Shown: positions 16,867 through 26,002, counted from the stretch's first letter. The stretch: DNA of 32,000 bases from Candidatus Lokiarchaeum ossiferum (GCA_025839675.1 CP104013.1:1650001-1682000), one strand, 5' to 3'. Numbers and translations: made by a program. The notes: generated by a model not told the origin, from the letters alone.

Positions 16867-17523
16867 TCACTGCGAATCTATGAAGTCTTGGATTTTTTTT
16901 TTTATTAAATTCTTTTCATTTGGAATCCCAAGATAATCTGCAAAGATTTTAGTTGTTGAAATTACTTTAGTTTTAATTTTTACTTCTTCTCCCGCTTCAT
17001 TTAATGCATTATAGGAATTTATTGATATATTTACAAATCCTTCCTTTTTCAATGAATTTACGGATTTTTTAGCCGCTTTTCCAATAAAATCAACAACATC
17101 TTGCAATTCAATTGGCTGATTATACGCGATAAAGGCTAAAGTTTTAATTTCGTTAGGTTTAAATTTTTGTTGTTCGGTAAATTTGATTACTCCAACTTCA
17201 TGCATAATGGTTGTTTTTACTTGCATACCAAAAGAATTGGAACTAAATTGATATATTTCTATGGCAGAATCATATGAATTGTAATCTGAAATCAATTCAT
17301 TTATGATTTTAATAATTATTTTCTTCGGAATAGTTTTTAAACCAATGGAGAGTTCTTCTATTGAAATTTCCTTGCCAGCTTTAAATAAGGCTGCTTCAAT
17401 AAGTAGCTTCCACTCAAAATATTGATTTTTACCAAACTGATTACTAATATTGCTCATTGAAATACCTTTAATTGAAGTCATTTGATCCATTTTAAATATA
17501 ATTTGATGAAAAAAATATATCAA
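16867..17523 (-). CDS. scpB: Segregation and condensation protein B (SMC accessory, tandem winged helix).
   Basis: LLIEAALFKAGKEISIEELS...IINELISDYNSYDSAIEIYQFSSNSFGMQVK and TLAFIAYNQPIELQDVVDFIG....SVNSLKKEGFV match both ScpB wHTH signatures. The true start is probably internal (ATG at 17490, 17481 or 17457). Confidence 0.8.
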   Translation of the reverse strand: MIYFFHQIIFKMDQMTSIKGISMSNISNQFGKNQYFEWKLLIEAALFKAGKEISIEELSIGLKTIPKKIIIKIINELISDYNSYDSAIEIYQFSSNSFGMQVKTTIMHEVGVIKFTEQQKFKPNEIKTLAFIAYNQPIELQDVVDFIGKAAKKSVNSLKKEGFVNISINSYNALNEAGEEVKIKTKVISTTKIFADYLGIPNEKNLIKKKIQDFIDSQ

Positions 17524-17563
17524 TATTATCCATATACTACGTAGATATTTCTTTGATTAACTT

Positions 17564-18214
17564 CTACCAAATTTTAAATTTAAGTTCATTACCTAATGAA
17601 TCATATACACCCATGCAATTCGAATTATACGGTGCACCCACGATTATATTTACAGGGTTTAATCGAAATGATTTTAAATCTTGTACACTTGGCTTGAATA
17701 CCCCACTCGGGTGATTATGAAAAGAAGCGATAATTGATCTATCCCTTCCAATGCGGTGAGGAAAAAACACTGCAGATTTTTCAGAAGATACCGTTTGTGG
17801 GGAAAGAATATATTCTTGTAAGAATCCATTTTTCAACCTTAAGACACAAAAAATTTCCCGCGGATGATTTTCTCTAGCAATTACCATTAATTCTTCAAAT
17901 AGACTATTAGAGATGTGGACTAACTTTCCTGTGATTGATTCCAAAGTTTGCATTATAGAACGAATTATATCACTCATTTGGGGAGGTGCCAATTTGTTCC
18001 AATTTCTTAACTCAGGAATGAATTGCTCAATATCAGGAATATTTTTTGTTATTTTTTTTGGTAACTCGATTTTTGGCTTGTTTGGATATCGCCGAAAATT
18101 TATTTTTAAAATAATTTCGGGATATATGGAAATTTCAAATTGGTTTTGTTTTGACTCAACTGCGGTGCTTGAGAAATCAAATATCATCTGTTTTTGGGTC
18201 TCTAATGAAATCAT
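17564..18214 (-). CDS. JAB/MPN (JAMM) metalloprotease with an N-terminal UBC-fold (UEV/RWD-like, no catalytic Cys) domain.
   Basis: JAMM motifs are PREIFCVL (Glu) and SFHNHPSGVFKPSVQD (HxH...S..D). The N-terminal IILKINFRRYPNKPKIELPKKITKNI....LRNWNKLAPPQMSDIIRSIMQTLESI parallels the E2 core FPxDYPFKPPKVxFxTKIyHPNI...W.P.....vLlSIqsLL but lacks HPN and the active-site Cys. The track ORF extends to 18337. I prefer ATG 18214 (MISLETQ), which leaves a 69-bp divergent promoter spacer. Confidence 0.8.
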   Translation of the reverse strand: MISLETQKQMIFDFSSTAVESKQNQFEISIYPEIILKINFRRYPNKPKIELPKKITKNIPDIEQFIPELRNWNKLAPPQMSDIIRSIMQTLESITGKLVHISNSLFEELMVIARENHPREIFCVLRLKNGFLQEYILSPQTVSSEKSAVFFPHRIGRDRSIIASFHNHPSGVFKPSVQDLKSFRLNPVNIIVGAPYNSNCMGVYDSLGNELKFKIW

Positions 18215-18283
18215 TTGAATCAAATGTTTATAAGAACTTTGAGTATAAAAACATTTATTACAGTATTGTGTGCAAATCATATT
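18215..18283. promoter_or_regulatory. Compact divergent promoter region between the JAB gene and the response-regulator gene.
   Basis: It contains TTTATAAG (18227..18234) and TATAAAAA (18244..18251). The latter is 33-40 nt upstream of ATG 18284 and, read on the other strand, 30-37 nt upstream of ATG 18214. Confidence 0.35.
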
Positions 18284-18886
18284 ATGACTGAAGAAAATGC
18301 CGAAAATATTTGGCTTGATGTTCAAAAAATACAGCAATTTCTGGCAAAAATTACACCTCCAAATTTACCAATATTAATTATAGATGATGATCCATCAATT
18401 GGAAAATTGATAACAGGGCTACTGAAAAGATTAGAGTTTGAAAATAGCACATTCGTTGATAATGGAATAGATGCAGTTGAAATATGCCAAAAACAAGAAT
18501 TTAGTGTTATTTTCCTAGATCTACAACTTCCACATTTGAACGGATTAGAAATACTTAAAGAAATTAAAACGAATCCATCAAGTAAATGTAAAGATGCAAG
18601 AGTGATTATTTTGACGGGTTTACCATCCCTTGAATCTGCAATAGAAGCGATGCAAGTAGGAGCATTTAATTATATCGGAAAGCCTATGAGTATCGAAAAA
18701 TTTGATGAGGCTTTCGAACAAGCCCTAAATGATTTTTACAATCAAAGACGCGAGGATCTAATTTCAAAATACATGCAGCATCACCAAAGTGAAGATATTT
18801 ATCAATTAAAACAAGAAATTGCCGAGAAAAATGAAAAAATCAAACGATTGGAAGCTCAAATAAAAATACTTCAAAAAAGCCTCTAA
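18284..18886 (+). CDS. Response regulator: a canonical receiver domain plus a C-terminal coiled coil.
   Basis: PILIIDDDPS, VIFLDLQLPHLNGLEILKEIK (phospho-acceptor Asp), VIILTGL, YIGKPM. The C-terminus is LKQEIAEKNEKIKRLEAQIKILQK. I prefer ATG 18284 over the track's start at 18215. Confidence 0.85.
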   Translation: MTEENAENIWLDVQKIQQFLAKITPPNLPILIIDDDPSIGKLITGLLKRLEFENSTFVDNGIDAVEICQKQEFSVIFLDLQLPHLNGLEILKEIKTNPSSKCKDARVIILTGLPSLESAIEAMQVGAFNYIGKPMSIEKFDEAFEQALNDFYNQRREDLISKYMQHHQSEDIYQLKQEIAEKNEKIKRLEAQIKILQKSL

Positions 18887-21800
18887 ACTGATTCTTCGAG
18901 AGGTGTTTCACCTTTTATTAATTCTTGCAATACTTTTTTGATAGACAAGTTTATTACTGAAGTGACTCCCTCAATGTTGGAAACACCAAGAAGATGATCC
19001 ACTCTTGCCATTGTGACATCTCTATGAGTAATTATTATAAATTGAGATTTTTCAGATAATTCTTTTATCATATCGGCAACTAAGGCAGCATTAACATCAT
19101 CCAAGGCTGCATCAATTTCATCCAATATATAATATGGACTCGGTACATGCATTTGAATCCCTAAAATTAGGGCAATTATTGTTAGAGTTCTTTCTCCACC
19201 AGAAAGTGCCATGACATTACACTTTTCTTTTTCACCGGGACGAGCAACAATTTGGACTCCACCTGCAAATGGATCTTCAAGATTTTCCAATTCTAATCGC
19301 GCTTCACCATTTGGTGACAAGCGTGAAAAAATATATCCGAAATTAGCATTAATAGCATTAAATGTATTCATAAAAACTTTTAATTTTTCACTTTCCAAAG
19401 CCTCAATAAATTGTAAAATTGCTTCTCTTTCTTGAATAACTTGCTCATTTTTTTGCTCCAACTCGGTAAATCTCGCTTGAATTTCGGAATATTTCTCAAT
19501 TGCTCTTAGATTGACTGCCCCAAGAGAATTTTTTTGATCCAGCAATTTTTCGATCTCAAGTTGATGTTTTGACTCTGACAAAGAAAGAAATTCTTGAGGA
19601 ATTAATATTTCAGGAAGAATATGACACTTCCACTCTTGAATTTTCATGTCCAATTCAGATGATTTTATTTCAAAAGTATTTAATTTAACTTTCAAGGGAT
19701 AGCGGTCATTATTAAGTTGTCCAATTGAAGTTTTCTTTTCAGACACTTCAAATTGTAAATTTTTCTTGTTATTAAGTAAGTTAGCAACAACTGCACTTTT
19801 TTGTACTATTTTTTCATCAAGAGCACTGGCTTCAATTTCTGTTTTCTTGAGATCACTTTCAAATGTGGAAATAGAAAGATTTGTTTCAGAGATTGATATT
19901 GATCTCACATTTAACTGCTGTTGTGCCTCTTTTCGACCGTTACTTATTGTTTCTGTTAAAGTCGACATCTTTTTTGTATACTCAATCTCTATTTGACTGG
20001 CAATTTTTGTTAATTTCTTCAATTCTTTTTCCGCGTTTCTCAGCTGTTGTTTTAGTACAGATTCTTCAGAGGAATCAAGTTTTTCTTGAATTGAATGTTC
20101 TTTCTCATTTAATGAAAATAATTTTTGTTCAACTTCCGAAAGAGAAGCATTTAAAGTCTCCAATTTGCACTCCAATTCCTTAATAGAAATTAAAATGTCT
20201 TCAATTTCTACTTCTAAAGTTTTTATGCTCGCTTGAAGGGTTTGAATATTAGATTTACAAATCGCAATTTTTTCATTGATTTCCTTTGTTTTATTTGCAC
20301 CAGAAATTTTCAGTTGATATAACCGGCTAATTTCACCAGCATTGGATTTAAATTTTAATTCTAAAGCATCGATTTCATTTTTGAATTTATTATAATTATA
20401 TTCTAAGTCCACCACTTTAGTTTCTTCATCATTTGTCCCTTTAAATCCAATACCTTTTGGTTTATTTTTTTGACCACCGCTCATTAAATTTGAACCATCA
20501 ATTACATCACCATCCAAAGTAACTCGCTTGGCAGAAACTTTTAAATGCCTTGCAGTAGGAAGATCTTCCACAATAATTGTTCTTCCAAAGACATATTCAA
20601 AAGCATGAAAGTACTTTTGATCAAAAGTAATTAAATCAACTGCCCTTCCATAGATTTTTGGATCTCGAGATATTGATAGATTAAAAGAAGAATACCTAAT
20701 CTCATCCAAAGGAATAAAGGAAGCACGACCGATTTTATTTTGTTTCAAGTAGTTAATACATTGTTCCCCAATTTCTTGGTTATCCACTACTACAAAGTTG
20801 AATCGACTTCCTGCAGCCATTTCCATAGCAATTGCAAATTTGGGATCAATAGATCCAAGTTCAGCAATGGTCCCATGAATTCCCGTTATTTTTCCAGAAT
20901 TCTGTAATTTTTTTATAGCTTTTAACGCACGATTACCTGAATTCATCTGCTTGACAACTTTTATTCGAGATTTAATTTCGAAAATCGATTTTTGTGTTTC
21001 GGTGGCAAGAGGTTTTATTTTTTTTAATTTTTCTTGAATATGAATATTTTCTTGATTCAATTGGCTGATTTTCTTTTCCATTCCACTTTTAGATACATCA
21101 TCGAAGTCAGTTAATCCAAGTTTGACTTTTTCCTCGTGTTCCAATTCCTTTAAATGAACCTTCATTTTGCCAAGATGCTCATGGTTTTCAAAAATTTTTT
21201 TTTCATTTTTGATTTTATCATTTTTCATAGTAGAAATCTGATTTTCAAGCACTTTGATTGACGTACTAATTTCAGCTTTGTCTTCTTTTACATTATTAAT
21301 TTGAATCCGTATGTTTTTTGATTCTTCTTTGATTTGTGTATATTCAACATCAATTTTTTGTAAATTATCTTCAAAATCTGATATTTCTGCATTTTTTGAA
21401 TCAATTTTTTCTTGGATCGTTTGTTTATTTTTTTCAATATCAATTATTTCTATTTTTAGGGATTCTTCTTGCTTTTGTAGGTCTACTAACCGGAGTTGTA
21501 GATCTTTTTGTTCCTTTTCATACGTTAACAAATTTTTATTTGCATATTTTAATGATGTTCTAAACTCAGTAATTTTATTTTTTAGTTCTTTCATTCGATA
21601 GGTCATTTGTAATAATTCTTCATCTTGCAATGCTTGAATTTTTGGATTTAGATCTTCGATTTGCATTTCTAGCTGGGAAATTTGTTCGTTTAGATCTTGT
21701 TCAAGGCAATTAATGTCCCCAATTTGAGCTTCAATATCTTGCTTCTGCAAAGCCATATCAGAGATATTTTTAACTGCAGAATTAATTTTAACTTGATAAA

Positions 21801-22500
21801 GAGCATTATTCCTAATTTTTTCTTGCTCTACAACGGCGAGATATTTTTCGGCATCTTCTTTTTCTTTTTTTAATTGTTCTAATTGGATGTAGACCTCATT
21901 CAACAATAAAGAGATTTGTCCTAAATTGGTTTGAACTTTAACTAATTCATCTTCAGCAGATAATTTTCGCTCGTTATAAGAAGAGATTCCAGCAATATCT
22001 TCAACTAATTCCCGCCTTTGAGTAGAATTCATATTAATCAGTCGGAAAAGTTCACCTTGCATAATCATATTCGACGAATTAGGGATGATTCCAGCAAGAT
22101 CAAGAAGACTTACTATTTCTTTTCTGGTAGAACGCTTATCATTTAATCTATAGATTCCATTCCCTTTTCGATCAATTTTTCTTAAAATTCGAATTTCTGA
22201 TTCACCTAAACCAAAGGCGCCGTCTTTATTATCAAAAACGATTTCTACAGAAGCAGTTTGAGCAGGTCCAAGTCCATTACCCCCATTAGAAATTAAATCT
22301 TTAATGTTGGTGGCGCGAAGAGTTTTTGCAGAAAGTGCACCTAAAACAAAAACAAAAGCATCGATAATATTCGATTTACCTGAACCATTAGCTCCAACAA
22401 TAGCGCTAAAACCTTTATCAAAATTTATGACAGTTTTCTTCCGAAAACTTTTGAAACCGATACAAATCATTTTGTTTATGTGAACCATGCCGTATTTCAT
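18883..22500 (-). CDS. smc: Chromosome segregation ATPase SMC.
   Basis: N-terminal head FKSFRKKTVINFDKGFSAIVGANGSGKSNIIDAF (Walker A), long coiled coils, hinge GIHGTIAELGSIDPKFAIAMEMAAGSRFNFVVVDNQEIGEQCINYLKQNKIGRASFIPLDEI. The C-terminal head has LSGGERTL (signature) and YYILDEIDAALD (Walker B). The start is ATG 22500 or ATG 22488 (MVHINK). Confidence 0.95.
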   Translation of the reverse strand: MKYGMVHINKMICIGFKSFRKKTVINFDKGFSAIVGANGSGKSNIIDAFVFVLGALSAKTLRATNIKDLISNGGNGLGPAQTASVEIVFDNKDGAFGLGESEIRILRKIDRKGNGIYRLNDKRSTRKEIVSLLDLAGIIPNSSNMIMQGELFRLINMNSTQRRELVEDIAGISSYNERKLSAEDELVKVQTNLGQISLLLNEVYIQLEQLKKEKEDAEKYLAVVEQEKIRNNALYQVKINSAVKNISDMALQKQDIEAQIGDINCLEQDLNEQISQLEMQIEDLNPKIQALQDEELLQMTYRMKELKNKITEFRTSLKYANKNLLTYEKEQKDLQLRLVDLQKQEESLKIEIIDIEKNKQTIQEKIDSKNAEISDFEDNLQKIDVEYTQIKEESKNIRIQINNVKEDKAEISTSIKVLENQISTMKNDKIKNEKKIFENHEHLGKMKVHLKELEHEEKVKLGLTDFDDVSKSGMEKKISQLNQENIHIQEKLKKIKPLATETQKSIFEIKSRIKVVKQMNSGNRALKAIKKLQNSGKITGIHGTIAELGSIDPKFAIAMEMAAGSRFNFVVVDNQEIGEQCINYLKQNKIGRASFIPLDEIRYSSFNLSISRDPKIYGRAVDLITFDQKYFHAFEYVFGRTIIVEDLPTARHLKVSAKRVTLDGDVIDGSNLMSGGQKNKPKGIGFKGTNDEETKVVDLEYNYNKFKNEIDALELKFKSNAGEISRLYQLKISGANKTKEINEKIAICKSNIQTLQASIKTLEVEIEDILISIKELECKLETLNASLSEVEQKLFSLNEKEHSIQEKLDSSEESVLKQQLRNAEKELKKLTKIASQIEIEYTKKMSTLTETISNGRKEAQQQLNVRSISISETNLSISTFESDLKKTEIEASALDEKIVQKSAVVANLLNNKKNLQFEVSEKKTSIGQLNNDRYPLKVKLNTFEIKSSELDMKIQEWKCHILPEILIPQEFLSLSESKHQLEIEKLLDQKNSLGAVNLRAIEKYSEIQARFTELEQKNEQVIQEREAILQFIEALESEKLKVFMNTFNAINANFGYIFSRLSPNGEARLELENLEDPFAGGVQIVARPGEKEKCNVMALSGGERTLTIIALILGIQMHVPSPYYILDEIDAALDDVNAALVADMIKELSEKSQFIIITHRDVTMARVDHLLGVSNIEGVTSVINLSIKKVLQELIKGETPLEESV

Positions 22501-22547
22501 CCAAATTTAATTAAACTCTCTAAAATGCAAGAATTGAGTGTGTTGAT

Positions 22548-22567
22548 ATCGTGATAAGATCGTGATA
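22548..22567. promoter_or_regulatory. Direct repeat ATCGTGATA-AG-ATCGTGATA (11-bp register) upstream of smc. Candidate operator.
   Basis: Read directly from the sequence: two perfect 9-mers at 22548..22556 and 22559..22567, about 48-67 nt upstream of smc ATG 22500. Each contains TATC..GATA inverted half-sites. Confidence 0.3.
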
Positions 22568-22826
22568 TGTTTAGTTCTTGGATTTAAAAAAACGAAAAAA
22601 CATAAAAAAACCACATAACATCCAGACATATATCCAAGTAATATTGATGAAAAGAAAAAAAATTTTTATAGATTTTCTTTTTTATTGACACGTTTTTGTA
22701 ATTAGAAGTTAATTTTTTAATCTAGAAGAGATAAAGATAAAATTATAGAAATATCGCATTATTATTATCTTAATACAGTAAATCAAACAATTTATATTCA
22801 TATTTCAAGAAATTTGAGGAATACAA

Positions 22827-23654
22827 ATGAGTGCTAAAAGACTAGTAAATATACAATGCCCTACATGCCAAACAATTAAAGATATTGACGTTCCCGAAGA
22901 TCTATTCATGGGAAAAAAAATGGGTTTAATTAAAATCCATATTGAAAAAGGTATTTGTTGTGATCATCAATTTATTGCTTTTTTCAGTAAATCTGGGAAA
23001 AATTGCGGGTACGAAAAACTTGATGTAGCTTTTGAATTAACAGAAAAAGACGAAATTCAAGAGTTATCCTTACGAGATCTCCTAAAGAAGTATGGGGATT
23101 ATACGATGACTTTAATGTTTCATTCGATTATCATCAATGTTCCAATCATCATTTTACATACAAAATACGAACTGGAAAATAAAGCTCCCGCTATGAATAT
23201 GTTTGTAAATGAATTTTTGCCTGAAAAATATTATAGCCCTTTACTTTTTACTTCAGAATATGATTTAGATTTTCATAAAAATCCTAGAACAGATGCTTTA
23301 GTCATTTCTGCTCAAAATGATGTAGAAAATACTCCATGGCCAACTATCCCATTTGATTATGAGAAAGAGATTATCGCCAAGGCACTTGACATTCTCGATG
23401 ATAAAATGCAACCTCTTATCGTTCAAGAAGAATTGAACATTCTTTTTAATAAAGCAGAATATTTCAATAATCTTTTAGATAAATGGGCAGCTATTTATGA
23501 AGAAGATGTAAGAGCAGAACTCGATAAAGAGTTTCCAGACGAAATCGATGATTACATGTATCGTTTGTTGTTACAGATTCTTGAACGAAGGTTTAAAGCT
23601 GATATGTCAAAAATTAAAAACCCTACCCAACCGAAAGGTCGAAGATTGCGTTAG
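22827..23654 (+). CDS. Hypothetical protein with an N-terminal zinc-ribbon-like motif and an alpha/beta plus helical domain of unknown family.
   Basis: CPTC...(26 aa)...CCDH at the N-terminus. GAGGA lies 6 nt before ATG 22827, and TTTATATT lies about 30 nt upstream. I recognise no family with confidence (see the finding on a DENN-like pattern). Confidence 0.55.
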   Translation: MSAKRLVNIQCPTCQTIKDIDVPEDLFMGKKMGLIKIHIEKGICCDHQFIAFFSKSGKNCGYEKLDVAFELTEKDEIQELSLRDLLKKYGDYTMTLMFHSIIINVPIIILHTKYELENKAPAMNMFVNEFLPEKYYSPLLFTSEYDLDFHKNPRTDALVISAQNDVENTPWPTIPFDYEKEIIAKALDILDDKMQPLIVQEELNILFNKAEYFNNLLDKWAAIYEEDVRAELDKEFPDEIDDYMYRLLLQILERRFKADMSKIKNPTQPKGRRLR

Positions 23655-23665
23655 GAGCATTTTTC

Positions 23666-23675
23666 TTTTTTTTTT
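23666..23675 (+). terminator. Oligo-T tract (T10) after the zinc-ribbon gene.
   Basis: ttttcTTTTTTTTTTa begins 7 nt after the stop at 23654. Confidence 0.35.
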
Positions 23676-23699
23676 ATTTATTAGTTTACAGGTTATTTT

Positions 23700-24413
23700 A
23701 TGACAAAAATTCTTTACACCGATAATATGCAACGGACAGAATTCTTTGCACAAATTATTTCTCTTGAAGACGGTATTTATTTAGAACTTGATCAGACTGC
23801 TTTTTATCCCAAATCCGGAGGAGTTGATTGTGATCTTGGAAAAATAGAACTTCTTGTTGATAACCATATTTTCCAAGTTATTCAAGTTAAAAAAAAAGGA
23901 TCAAAAATTATTCACCAAGTTGATGCCCCAGGATTAAAAGAAGGAGATAAAATAAAAGGAACGATAAATTGGCCTCGAAGATTGGAATTAATGCGATATC
24001 ACACAGCAGCACATGTTTTAAGTGGAGTTTTTTTTAAAGAAGGAAATGTGAAAGTGACGGGAAATGATTTAATATTAGGACAGGGACGTATTGACTTCAA
24101 TTTTCCTGATTTTGATAGAAACAAAATCGAAAAATTCGTCGCACGAGCAAATGAATTGATTCAAAAAGATTTACGGGTTGAAACATTCTATATGAAACGG
24201 GAAGAGTTGGATAGTGATCCGAGTTTAACCAAATTAGTTATGGGGTTACCTAGTTCGATAAAAAACGTGCGAATTGTTGACATTAAAGGGTTTGATAAGC
24301 AACCAGACGGTGGATGTCATGTTTCCCATTTAAATCTAATCGGGAAAATTGAAATTTCGAAAATTAAAAACAAAGGTAAAAACAATCGTCGATTGTATTT
24401 CGTTCTAAAATAG
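23700..24413 (+). CDS. alaX: Alanyl-tRNA editing protein AlaX (AlaX-M type).
   Basis: DQTAFYPKSGGVDCDLG (N-terminal barrel), MRYHTAAHVLSG (HxxxH zinc motif), PDGGCHVSH (CxxxH). The length of 237 aa fits a free-standing AlaRS editing-domain homologue. Confidence 0.85.
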   Translation: MTKILYTDNMQRTEFFAQIISLEDGIYLELDQTAFYPKSGGVDCDLGKIELLVDNHIFQVIQVKKKGSKIIHQVDAPGLKEGDKIKGTINWPRRLELMRYHTAAHVLSGVFFKEGNVKVTGNDLILGQGRIDFNFPDFDRNKIEKFVARANELIQKDLRVETFYMKREELDSDPSLTKLVMGLPSSIKNVRIVDIKGFDKQPDGGCHVSHLNLIGKIEISKIKNKGKNNRRLYFVLK

Positions 24414-24447
24414 ATGGTTTTATCTAATTTTTTTTCTTAAATAATAT

Positions 24448-25251
24448 ATGCAACCTTTGAGTGAACTAAAATCTACTGATTTGGCAAAAATTGAAGTGAT
24501 CTTCTCCGATATTGATGACACAATAAGCACAGAAGGTAAAATTCTTCCCCAAGCATATTCCGCTTTATGGGATCTTTATCATGCAGGGATCAAAATTGTT
24601 CCCATTACAGGGCGATGTGCAGGATGGGTAGATCATATCACCCGCATGTGGCCAGTTACAGGAGTAGTGGGCGAAAATGGTGCATTTTACACATATATGG
24701 ATTATTCAAATATTCCAGTTAAGTTAAGAAAGAGAAATTATCTTAGTCCAAATCAAATTCACAATAATTCTGAAAAGTTTGAAGAGATAAAAGCAGAAAT
24801 ATTTCAACAATTTCCCACGTGTAAGGTTGCCTCTGACCAGCCGTACAGAGAATTTGATCTTGCAATTGATTTTTGTGAAGATGTCCCCCCTCTTTCTATG
24901 GATGAAGTAAAAAAAATTGTTCGAATATATAATAAACATGGAGCAACCACGAAAATTAGCAGCATTCATGTAAACGGATGGTTTGGAGATTTTGATAAAT
25001 TAAAAATGACCAAAATCTTTGCTCGCGAAGTATTAAACTTCTGTTTAGACGATTATCCAGGAAGAGCAATATTCATTGGAGATTCCCCAAACGATGAACC
25101 AATGTTCGATTACTTCCCATTTTCTATAGGAGTTCAAAATGTTAACAAATTTACAAATCTAATTAAAAAAAAGCCGAAATTCATTACAAAAAAGCCATCA
25201 GGTTTAGGATTTGCCGAAATGGTTAAATTTATTTTGAAAAATCGATCCTAA
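24448..25251 (+). CDS. HAD-superfamily hydrolase, subfamily IIB (Cof / sugar-phosphate phosphatase-like).
   Basis: Motif I VIFSDIDDTIS (DxDxT), motif II VPITGR, motif IV FIGDSPNDEPMF, and an intervening cap domain of IIB size. Confidence 0.85.
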   Translation: MQPLSELKSTDLAKIEVIFSDIDDTISTEGKILPQAYSALWDLYHAGIKIVPITGRCAGWVDHITRMWPVTGVVGENGAFYTYMDYSNIPVKLRKRNYLSPNQIHNNSEKFEEIKAEIFQQFPTCKVASDQPYREFDLAIDFCEDVPPLSMDEVKKIVRIYNKHGATTKISSIHVNGWFGDFDKLKMTKIFAREVLNFCLDDYPGRAIFIGDSPNDEPMFDYFPFSIGVQNVNKFTNLIKKKPKFITKKPSGLGFAEMVKFILKNRS

Positions 25252-25940
25252 TCTTTTAATAATTTTCTTTTTTCAACAATTTCAAAGAATTGAAGGGCAA
25301 ATCGTGAGTTTAAAGAAATTCCTTTGAGTTGAAACCATTTTTCCCATCCTTTTCGTGATAAATTATCAAGTTTACTATCTTCAAAATCCTCTCTTCTTCT
25401 ATAAAACTTTAAAAAACCATCTTCAACTTCTTCAATAGCCGATTGAATTCCAAATAATTTATCAACACGGGTAGTCAATTGATAATTTCTTCGCATAGGA
25501 TCTTTCCAATTTGATGTATATTTTAAAACAATGTAATTTTTATCAAATGCAAAAGAATTTTCTTGTTTTGGTTTTTGAATTAAAGTTGCTTCTTTGAAAT
25601 AATCTTCAAGATCTAAATATCCACTATTCACATTTTCAAGAATACAAGTGTATATGGACATATCTCGTTCATAAGCAGTCAGGTATAAATTTTTAGAAGA
25701 AAATTGAATAGTTAACGAATGACCATCAATGGTTTCGTTTAGATTTACAGAAATACCATAAGTATTCTCGAGATCCTTTCTAAATTCCTCCAAAATATCA
25801 AATTTAGAACGTGTGGTATCAGTAGTTGTAACAATTTGAATTTTTAAAAAGGGAAGATCTTTCTCCATCGGATAAAGTATGATTACTATATGAAAAAAAG
25901 GTATTGTTTCTAATTTGAATTTACTATGAGAATTCTTCAA
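25248..25940 (-). CDS. Hypothetical protein.
   Basis: Open frame of 230 aa. The likely start is ATG 25868 (MEKDLPFLKIQIV). I recognise no motif. It converges on the HAD gene with a 4-nt overlap. Confidence 0.5.
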   Translation of the reverse strand: MKNSHSKFKLETIPFFHIVIILYPMEKDLPFLKIQIVTTTDTTRSKFDILEEFRKDLENTYGISVNLNETIDGHSLTIQFSSKNLYLTAYERDMSIYTCILENVNSGYLDLEDYFKEATLIQKPKQENSFAFDKNYIVLKYTSNWKDPMRRNYQLTTRVDKLFGIQSAIEEVEDGFLKFYRRREDFEDSKLDNLSRKGWEKWFQLKGISLNSRFALQFFEIVEKRKLLKD

Positions 25941-26002
25941 ATATTTTTAAGATCGAAGAATAAATATATCACTGTCATTTAATAATTATAAGATTATTAG
26001 GA

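Noticed and set aside
18883-18886. The 4-nt convergent overlaps (response regulator/smc at 18883..18886, and HAD/hypothetical at 25248..25251) were considered as possible regulatory antisense arrangements.
   Set aside because: Overlapping stop codons on opposite strands are common in compact genomes. Nothing else marks these sites.
1450-21601. Many short track ORFs lie antisense to, or out of frame within, well-supported genes. Examples are 1450..1635, 3197..3421, 4031..4246, 4829..5026, 5809..5994, 6186..6509, 7752..7949, 9209..9466, 11052..11249, 11695..12120, 13273..13536, 13920..14129, 14823..15020, 15842..16042, 17913..18218, 19211..19435, 19766..20183 and 21311..21601.
   Set aside because: Each is fully embedded in a longer ORF with clear family motifs. 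Their translations are low-complexity (F/L/S/I-rich mirror images of K/E/N-rich genes) and carry no recognisable domains. They are expected by-products of an AT-rich coding strand.
22501-22826. The long AT-rich spacer upstream of smc was considered as a possible replication origin.
   Set aside because: I see no long ORB-like inverted repeats and no adjacent cdc6/orc1 gene, only one short 9-bp direct repeat. An ordinary divergent promoter region explains it better.
22827-23654. The zinc-ribbon protein divergent from smc was considered as the missing kleisin ScpA.
   Set aside because: It lacks the ScpA N-terminal (LDLFEGPLDLLL-type) and C-terminal winged-helix signatures, and its N-terminal Cys motif is foreign to kleisins.
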